This document shows positions 57,324-64,000 of a stretch of DNA of 64,000 nt, in pieces. The notes under the pieces were generated by a model, which saw only the letters and a program-made list of their open reading frames with translations, ran no database searches and had not been told where the DNA came from. A program made the position numbers and the translations under genes. Location: the NCBI GenBank assembly GCA_021786315.1, contig JAJYNN010000002.1, positions 204,402 to 268,401 of the forward strand. The letters are read 5' to 3'. Every line of letters begins with the position of its first letter. Position 1 is the stretch's first letter. Source of the DNA: a bacterium. GTDB lineage: Bacteria; Patescibacteriota; Microgenomatia; Daviesbacterales; UBA10151.

Positions 57324-59495
57324 CTATTTATTTTCCCATTCTTTAATCTTGCTCAAGGCATCAGGATCGTTCGGAATGAATTTTAAGATTCCCTGCATGG
57401 CCTCTATAGCCTTATCATATTGCTTATCCGAAGCATAGATGAGCCCCAAAGAATAATAGGCCTCTTTATAATTTGGCTTCAATTTAATTGTCCTTTCCAT
57501 TTCAGCTATGGCTTCCTGGTTTTTGCCCATTTGGCTCAAAATTATGGCTTTATTGTAAGTCAATTTGGGATCTGTGGGAGCCAGAAGGATAGCCAAATCC
57601 AAAGCATCCAGGGTTTTTTGGGTGTAAGCCTTGTCTATTGTCGCAAGCATGTAATAGGTTCTGACGGCGCTTCTGACATAAGAAACATTCCTGGGGCTAT
57701 CCTTTAAGGCTAGATTGGTTTCGAATACCGCTTCTTCTTTAAGGAGCGCAGAACGGGTAGCATCCTCACTTTCCAGTGCCGCGGCTGCCCCGGCCGCCGC
57801 ATAGCCCAATTCACTGTGGTAATAAGGCTCACCGGGGTTTAATGAGACCGCCGCAATCAACTCGTTGTATGCCTTTCCGGGGTTGGTGTCGGAATACTTT
57901 TGGCTGGTGGCAAAGTCGGTATCGGCTAGGTAGTAACGTCCTAAAGTGATAAGTATTAATCCTGCCATAATTCCTACAACCCAGGAGGCGAATTTGGGAT
58001 AAAAGGGTCTTTTGTAGAGATTTAAGAATATGGATTGGAGCGAAGCTCGCGCTGACGCACTAGGATTTAGGAGCTTAGGAAAAGCGAGAGGTTTTGTTGA
58101 ATCGGTGGCGGTAAAGGCAATGGCTGGAAAAAGATAGAAAAAGAGGGCAATGATTACCACAGAAAAGCCAAAAATATTTTGGATGAGGTAGGAAATGTAG
58201 GAAGCAAGAAGTGCCGGGATAAGTAGTATGTAGTATGTAGTATGGGTATTTTTGTTTTTCCCCTTAATACTTAATACATATCCCTTAATACACCATATTA
58301 CGAATGTAATAATGATGGCCATGTAACTGGTAAAGCCAATTATTCCGGTTGTTGCTAGGTAATTAAGGAATTCATTGTGGGCTTTGTTATAAAGAAAATC
58401 CCATTCAGAGACTAGGTTGTGTTCAACCGGCCTGAAGTTGTAGTAGGAATAGGCAAAGGTTTCAACTCCGGAGCCAAAAATTGGGTAATGTTTAAAGATA
58501 TCAATTGCCCCTTTCCAGACAATCAGCCTGATGGTTCCCGATTCGGTGCCGCCGTTTTCCAGCTGGGTTCCGGAGGGTTTGGGGGCATTGATCACTGAAG
58601 CCAAAGATGGCCGGGAAGCCGGGGCAAATTTGGACAACAGTTTAAAGTCGGTTAAAGCAGAGCCAAAGATTAAATTGACACCAATAATGATACCTAAAAT
58701 TGTCATCCCTGGCTTGACCAGGGACCCAGCTAATTTGGATCCCTGTTTGCGCAGGAATGATAGGAAATAAGTGAGTCCTACGATAGCCAACCCCCCCAAA
58801 AGTCCTAGTGTGGCCCCCCGGGAATAGGTAAAGGTGAAGGCGAGGTAAAAAAGAATTAAGAATGTAGAATTAAGAATCATGAATGATCTTTTGGTGGAAG
58901 AAAGAAGGAAATAGATGGCGGGAAAGATTAACATTGCCAAATAGGCTGCCAGCCAGTTGGGCTGGCCTAACGTGGCAAAGACCCTAGCCTGGACATCCTG
59001 CACCCAGCAGGCATCATTGAAAGATCCGGTTAAGAATAAACAGGAAGGGGAGGCGCCAAAGTGTTCTGGGATGGCATATAAAGCTACAACTACCCCGCCG
59101 TAAACTGCCCATTTCAGGAAACTTAAAACCTGTCCCTTGGTAAAGTTGGAAACTAGCGCGTAGTACAAAAGGATGTAGGAAATAGTAGATAAAAGCCCGC
59201 CATTTGACCTGGAATAATAACCCCAAATGGAGGTATGGCGGTCAATGGAAAAAATGGTGGAAAGAATATTGGCCAGAAGGAAAAGCATTAAAGGAATATC
59301 CAAAGGCGTGCCCTGGAGGTTAAATTTTTTGGTTTGGATCATTTTGATAAGCCAGGAGGCGGTAATAATGATGGTGAGGAAATAAACCAGCATCATCTTG
59401 TTGTATTCAAAAAGTTCAAAGTTCCACGGAGCCCAAACAAGCGGGGTCAGGAAAAATAATATATAGAAGGAGTAAACAAGAATTGTATTAAGCAT
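57324..59495 (-). CDS. O-antigen ligase-like polytopic membrane protein with C-terminal TPR repeats.
   Basis: Wzy_C-like hydrophobic core plus C-terminal TPR-like repeats (AYYSLGLIYASDKQYDKAIEAMQ...). Confidence 0.6.
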   Translation of the reverse strand: MLNTILVYSFYILFFLTPLVWAPWNFELFEYNKMMLVYFLTIIITASWLIKMIQTKKFNLQGTPLDIPLMLFLLANILSTIFSIDRHTSIWGYYSRSNGGLLSTISYILLYYALVSNFTKGQVLSFLKWAVYGGVVVALYAIPEHFGASPSCLFLTGSFNDACWVQDVQARVFATLGQPNWLAAYLAMLIFPAIYFLLSSTKRSFMILNSTFLILFYLAFTFTYSRGATLGLLGGLAIVGLTYFLSFLRKQGSKLAGSLVKPGMTILGIIIGVNLIFGSALTDFKLLSKFAPASRPSLASVINAPKPSGTQLENGGTESGTIRLIVWKGAIDIFKHYPIFGSGVETFAYSYYNFRPVEHNLVSEWDFLYNKAHNEFLNYLATTGIIGFTSYMAIIITFVIWCIKGYVLSIKGKNKNTHTTYYILLIPALLASYISYLIQNIFGFSVVIIALFFYLFPAIAFTATDSTKPLAFPKLLNPSASARASLQSIFLNLYKRPFYPKFASWVVGIMAGLILITLGRYYLADTDFATSQKYSDTNPGKAYNELIAAVSLNPGEPYYHSELGYAAAGAAAALESEDATRSALLKEEAVFETNLALKDSPRNVSYVRSAVRTYYMLATIDKAYTQKTLDALDLAILLAPTDPKLTYNKAIILSQMGKNQEAIAEMERTIKLKPNYKEAYYSLGLIYASDKQYDKAIEAMQGILKFIPNDPDALSKIKEWENK

Positions 59496-59502
59496 TTTTT
59501 AC

Positions 59503-59538
59503 AAGGTGACGCCTTGACGTACGTTAAGGCGTCACCTT
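59503..59538. repeat. Type-1 palindromic element.
   Basis: aaggtgacgccttgacgtacgttaaggcgtcacctt, identical to the intragenic GT4 copy. Confidence 0.85.
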
Positions 59539-59614
59539 AAGAAACGCCAACGACTGTCAACATACTACCAAAACTCCTTGTGAATTAGAAGCCTCTCTGG
59601 TACACTCAACTCAC

Positions 59615-60682
59615 ATGTTTGACAAGTTCTGGGGCCTCCTCTCACACGATATTGGTATAGATTTGGGTACAGTAAATACTCTGGTTTTAGTCAAGGGCAA
59701 AGGGATTGCTATCCGTGAACCGTCAGTGGTGGCAATACATAAAAAAAGTAAACAAGTTTTGGCTATCGGCACCGAGGCCAAAAGGATGTTGGGCCGGACA
59801 CCGCTCGCGATTGAGGCAGTGAGGCCTTTGCGTGATGGGGTAATCTCCGATTTTGATACTACTGAAGCGATGCTCCGCCACTTCATCCAAAAGATCCACC
59901 AAACCCCTTCAAATGGCCTTAAGGGCGGATTTAAGTTGCCCAAACTTCCCCGCCCAAGGGTGGTGGTGGGAATTCCTTCCGGAGTGACGGAAGTGGAAAG
60001 GCGGGCGGTGCAGGATGCGGCTTTGACCGCAGGCGCCCGGGCCTGTTACTTAATTGAGGAACCGATGGCGGCGGCAATTGGGGCGGGGCTCCCGATTGAG
60101 GAACCGGAGGGAAACATGATTGTGGATATTGGCGGGGGAACCACGGAGATTGCCGTTATCTCCTTGGGCGGGGCAGTTATTATCCGCTCGCTCCGGGTTG
60201 CCGGTGATGAGTTGGACCAGGACATTATTAATTACTTAAAAATGCGCTACGGCTTATTGATTGGGGAAAAAACTGCTGAAAATATCAAGATTGAAATTGG
60301 CTCGGCTTCCCCTTTAAAAACGGAAAAAGAAACTGTTGTCCGCGGACGTGACCTTTCTACAGGCTTACCGAAGTCCATTAAAATTTCCTCAGAGGAAATC
60401 CGGGAAGCCTTAATGGGGACAATCAACCAGATTATTTCGGCCATTGCCGAGGTCTTGGAGGAAACCCCGCCGGAACTTTTGTCCGATATTTTGGAAAGAG
60501 GAATTGTCATTACTGGCGGCGGGTCTTTAATCCGGGGTTTGGATAAAAAGATTGCCGAAGAAACAAAGATGCCGGTTTATGTGGCGGATGACCCTTTAAC
60601 TACAGTTGTCCGCGGCTGCGGCCGGGTTTTGGAAGACCTTGATCTTCTCTCCAAAGTTAAAGTTACAGGTGGACTTCGCTAA
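59615..60682 (+). CDS. mreB: Actin-like MreB, paralog 2.
   Basis: IGIDLGTVNTLVLV..., full actin-fold motifs. Confidence 0.85.
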   Translation: MFDKFWGLLSHDIGIDLGTVNTLVLVKGKGIAIREPSVVAIHKKSKQVLAIGTEAKRMLGRTPLAIEAVRPLRDGVISDFDTTEAMLRHFIQKIHQTPSNGLKGGFKLPKLPRPRVVVGIPSGVTEVERRAVQDAALTAGARACYLIEEPMAAAIGAGLPIEEPEGNMIVDIGGGTTEIAVISLGGAVIIRSLRVAGDELDQDIINYLKMRYGLLIGEKTAENIKIEIGSASPLKTEKETVVRGRDLSTGLPKSIKISSEEIREALMGTINQIISAIAEVLEETPPELLSDILERGIVITGGGSLIRGLDKKIAEETKMPVYVADDPLTTVVRGCGRVLEDLDLLSKVKVTGGLR

Positions 60683-60688
60683 GGTATA

Positions 60689-61465
60689 TTATCCGGAGAA
60701 CTGGTCCTGGCGTAGGGATTCTAATGCACTATCGTATTGTTCCTGGGAAATGCAAATTTCTTGTGGAGCTTGGTTCAGATAATAATCCAGAGCTTCTTCA
60801 ACATTACACCAGGCAAAAACCTTGTAGCCAGCTTTGGCTAACCGGGCGACTCCTCCCTGTTGCCTGTCAATGACTACCAGCAGCCGGGGTTCAAATCCCA
60901 AGCGTTTAGCGGCTCCAAAAGCTGGTAAAGCACTAGTACCTTTGGAGAGAACATCATCAATTAGAACTAAGGGTTCCCCGTGGCCTTGGGGAGCATTGTC
61001 TGCCTCTACGATGGTCGTGCCACCGTCCTTCTCGATTTTTTGGAAGAGATCAAGATAAGTGACCCCAGGAGCGTATTCAGCATAAACGGAAGCAATTTTA
61101 CCTCCGGTGGTAGGAATCCCGGCACAATATTGGGGTTGAACATCTAAAGGCACCCTAGCTAAAACTATCCCCATAGCCTTAAGGAGATTATCATTGGGGC
61201 TGCGGAAGTCCCAGTAAATCCCTGAAGGGGGTTTTAACTCCCTTCCTTCCCTCCAGTCCACCTCATGGCTGACCAGATAAAACTCGTTTGGTTCCTTTGG
61301 AAAATTTAAAACAGCGCCGTCTCTGTGAGCAATATAAAAAGGATTTTCGCTTCTGGGAGTTGTGGCAGGGTCTTTAACTAATTGCCGCGACTTAATTTCT
61401 TTGGGCTCAGTACGCAGAACCCGGAATAGGTTAGCTTCGTCTGGACTAAATTTTCTTTCTGCCAT
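60689..61465 (-). CDS. pyrE: Type I phosphoribosyltransferase, probably an orotate PRTase with an N-terminal extension.
   Basis: PRPP-binding motif PLVLIDDVLSKGTS; adjacent to pyrF. Confidence 0.55.
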   Translation of the reverse strand: MAERKFSPDEANLFRVLRTEPKEIKSRQLVKDPATTPRSENPFYIAHRDGAVLNFPKEPNEFYLVSHEVDWREGRELKPPSGIYWDFRSPNDNLLKAMGIVLARVPLDVQPQYCAGIPTTGGKIASVYAEYAPGVTYLDLFQKIEKDGGTTIVEADNAPQGHGEPLVLIDDVLSKGTSALPAFGAAKRLGFEPRLLVVIDRQQGGVARLAKAGYKVFAWCNVEEALDYYLNQAPQEICISQEQYDSALESLRQDQFSG

Positions 61466-61467
61466 GT

Positions 61468-62529
61468 TTATGCTGCCTTTAATGATCGTATTTGTTCGTG
61501 TAATTTCATCGCCTCTCTTTGCGCTGCTAGTGCGAAGTCGATTCCTTTGGAAGCAAATATGATTCCACTGGAACTGTTAATCACAATATTGTCACCAGCA
61601 AACTTTAAAGTAGCCTCCAAATCTCCACCTTGTTTGCCGATTCCTGGAATCAGGAACAGTAAATTGGGGGCGAGTAATCGAACGGGTTTGAAGGCTTCTG
61701 GATGGGTGGCTCCAACAACCAGGCCAAAGGTCATCTCTGGATGTTTAGCTGCTAATGTAGCGGTTCTTAAAGCTATAACCTGATACATTGGCAATAACTT
61801 GCTGTCCGGCCGATGTTTTTCTAAGAACTGCTTTTGATCGTCAGTTAACTTCTCTTCCTTATTCATCTCTTCAACTAATGTTTCGGAGTAGTGTTCTCTG
61901 GCTGCCATCTGAGCTAAGTCCATCTCGTCATTGGTCATTGGAGAACCTTTTAAGATTTGTTCCCGTTGATACTGATAGATGTCTATTGGGGCATCCTGGT
62001 ATAAAGCGGCACCGGGGTTAGTTGTTTTACAAAGCACGATAATTCCTTTTCCGGGATACTTATAAAACGGGTCATAGGTATCATGCCCGAAGTAAGGATT
62101 TACTGTGATAGCATCAAACCCATATCTGTCGAAAGCCATCTCTGCATACCCTTTGTTTGTATTTCCAATATCCGCTCGCTTGACATCTCCAATAATTGGA
62201 ATGTGGGGGTATTCGTTATTCACATACCAGATGGTATTACTTAACGCTTCCTCTCCCGCATCGCTATGTTCATAAAAAGCGATGTTAGGTTTAATAGCGC
62301 AGGCGTAATGATGAGTGGTGTCGGTAATTGGCTTTAAAAAGTCGTAATAAACACAAGTTCGCTGATAGTGTGCTTCGGGGTCTAGTTGGCGAGGGTTATC
62401 GGGAACTGTTCCCCGAACATGGGTAAATCTTTCAGGAAGTTTATCAAGGTCAGGATCATAACCAATACAAACTAGTTTCCCATCTGCTTGATTTCTACTA
62501 ATTAACTCGCCAAAGATTCTTTCAGCCAT
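61468..62529 (-). CDS. pyrF: Orotidine-5'-phosphate decarboxylase (type 2).
   Basis: Signature IIGDVKRADIGNT (DxKxxDIGNT). Confidence 0.75.
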   Translation of the reverse strand: MAERIFGELISRNQADGKLVCIGYDPDLDKLPERFTHVRGTVPDNPRQLDPEAHYQRTCVYYDFLKPITDTTHHYACAIKPNIAFYEHSDAGEEALSNTIWYVNNEYPHIPIIGDVKRADIGNTNKGYAEMAFDRYGFDAITVNPYFGHDTYDPFYKYPGKGIIVLCKTTNPGAALYQDAPIDIYQYQREQILKGSPMTNDEMDLAQMAAREHYSETLVEEMNKEEKLTDDQKQFLEKHRPDSKLLPMYQVIALRTATLAAKHPEMTFGLVVGATHPEAFKPVRLLAPNLLFLIPGIGKQGGDLEATLKFAGDNIVINSSSGIIFASKGIDFALAAQREAMKLHEQIRSLKAA

Positions 62530-62670
62530 ATACTAAAGGACAGATTGTTATGACAATAAACTAAGTTATTGACCACTGTCAATACCCTCATTTATAACTA
62601 TTGGGATATCTTGCCAAAAGAATGTAATTTAGCCTGTGATGTAGCCTGCTAATATGATATATTAGCCCTT

Positions 62671-63462
62671 GTGAAAGACCTCTTTTTGGAACTTCGTATT
62701 CTCCTGGTTTTAAGTTTTATTTCCTTGTTTTTAGTTTTTATAGATGGCTTGGGATTTTTAAAATTGCCCAAAATAATTTTACAAACCGTGACTATTCCTA
62801 TCCAGTATGGGGTTTATAAATCGGGAGAGACTTTGGGTTCTCAAGTTGGGTTTATCTTTTTGGCCAGGAAAGCTTCTTTGGAAAATAAGGCCTTAAGGTT
62901 ACAAATGGGACAAATCCTTTCCGAAAATTCAGAGCTGCAAAAAAAGCTAAAAGAGACTGAAGGGATTGTTGATACCTACAATAAACTAAGCCCGCAAACT
63001 TATGACATGCAACCGGCCAGGATTTTGGGGGAAAACAGGTATCTATTAATTGATAAAGGGGATTCAGACGGAATAAAGGTTGGCCAAGCCGTGGTTTACA
63101 AAGACAGCTACGTTGGTCAAATTAAATCCGTCAGTGCCAAAACTTCCCAAATCTTATTGTCCACGGACCCCGATTCAAAAATTGCCGTTTTTTCCCAGCG
63201 AGAGGACGGCAAGGCCAAGGGAATTTTAGAAGGTCAATTTGGTTCCAAACTTTTGATGGATAAAATCCTGCACCAAGAAACTATCAGTGTCGGGGATTTG
63301 GTTTATTCCGAAGGAACTGAGGGAAAACTGCCCCGGGGGCTGTTGATGGGAAAAGTTGCCCAGGTTGATGAAAGACAAAATGAAGTTTTTAAACAAGCCA
63401 AAGTCGAACCGCTATTTTTATTTAGTGATTTGGATATAGTTTTCGTTATCAGGAGCTCATAA
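62671..63462 (+). CDS. mreC: Rod shape-determining protein MreC.
   Basis: N-terminal TM, coiled coil, beta domain; position downstream of mreB. Confidence 0.7.
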   Translation: MKDLFLELRILLVLSFISLFLVFIDGLGFLKLPKIILQTVTIPIQYGVYKSGETLGSQVGFIFLARKASLENKALRLQMGQILSENSELQKKLKETEGIVDTYNKLSPQTYDMQPARILGENRYLLIDKGDSDGIKVGQAVVYKDSYVGQIKSVSAKTSQILLSTDPDSKIAVFSQREDGKAKGILEGQFGSKLLMDKILHQETISVGDLVYSEGTEGKLPRGLLMGKVAQVDERQNEVFKQAKVEPLFLFSDLDIVFVIRSS

Positions 63463-63464
63463 AG

Positions 63465-63908
63465 ATGATACTCTTTGTTTTAATTTTGGCCACATTTATA
63501 CAAGCTTCGTTTTTACCGATTAATATTTTACTGCTGGTGTTAATTGCCAGAAGTTTTATCACCCATGACCAAAAGAATTTCTATTTGGCTTTTTCCTTCG
63601 GCCTTTTGCTTTCATTATTATTAGGCAAGCCTTTGGGAAGCCTAAGTTTTATTTATTTGATACTTCTCACTTCAGTCCGTTTTATTAAAAGGACACCGCT
63701 TGCCTCCCGGTGGATTGTCATTTTACCCTTGGGGTTTATTCTGCTTTTGGCTGACCGTTTGATTGAGGGGTTAATTTTTAAATCAAGTTTAAACACCGGG
63801 GCCCTAATTGTTGAAACAGTATTAATTTTGCCTGTCTATTTTGTGGTTAGGTTTTGGGAAGAACGGTTTGTGCCAAGGAAAGAAATAAGATTGAAGATAG
63901 GAAAGTAA
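63465..63908 (+). CDS. mreD: MreD-like membrane protein.
   Basis: Small polytopic membrane protein immediately after mreC. Confidence 0.5.
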   Translation: MILFVLILATFIQASFLPINILLLVLIARSFITHDQKNFYLAFSFGLLLSLLLGKPLGSLSFIYLILLTSVRFIKRTPLASRWIVILPLGFILLLADRLIEGLIFKSSLNTGALIVETVLILPVYFVVRFWEERFVPRKEIRLKIGK

Positions 63909-64000
63909 ATTTTTAATTACCAATTTTTAATTTTCAATCAAATCTAAATGTTCCAATTTTTAAACATTAAGACATTGAAAATTCATTGGAAATTTAAAAT

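Overview
The window reads as a gene-dense, small-gene bacterial fragment, most likely from a Candidate Phyla Radiation (Patescibacteria) organism; that placement is inference from gene content and style (truncated comEC next to comEA, short aminoacyl-tRNA synthetases, many membrane-anchored surface proteins, AT-rich intergenic spacers). Minus-strand genes fill the first 12 kb: a partial DUF2341/LamG/CBM-like surface protein (1-2097) and a giant 3291-aa gene (2365-12240). The giant protein has two N-terminal MerR/excisionase-type HTH motifs and one TM helix, followed by about 20 'GNVGIGTTxP' fibre-like repeats. Its C-terminus is globular with a tandem 21-nt-encoded coiled coil. Housekeeping genes follow: leuS, comEA, comEC, argS, ndk, tRNA-Pro, tRNA-Arg, a sortase, glycosyltransferases, two mreB paralogs, ROK kinase plus cupin-type PGI, the rplL-rplJ ... 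rplA-rplK-nusG-secE ribosomal cluster (interrupted by accessory genes), two class A PBPs, GH5/GH1 glycosidases, tRNA-Trp-rpmG, two tRNA-Thr, tgt, def-fmt, and mreB-[pyrE-pyrF]-mreC-mreD. Six things stand out. (1) The giant HTH-TM-fibre protein. (2) A dispersed quasi-palindromic repeat family (unit CAAGGTGACGCCTTG; at least 9 copies), inserted in frame in a GT4 gene, in fmt and at the PBP 5' end. (3) Four copies of a 230-300-nt element showing compensatory stem changes, each beginning with a covarying hairpin; this is a candidate structured ncRNA or MITE family. (4) An island next to tRNA-Trp (about 43.4-46.0 kb) with seven small ORFs, including a duplicated [small alpha/beta protein + zinc-ribbon protein] module; its GC looks higher by eye. 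(5) A GC-rich in-frame insertion of about 52 aa in tgt. (6) A duplicated tRNA-Pro 3' end flanking a 60-nt hairpin element. I found no CRISPR array, rRNA or recognisable transposase.
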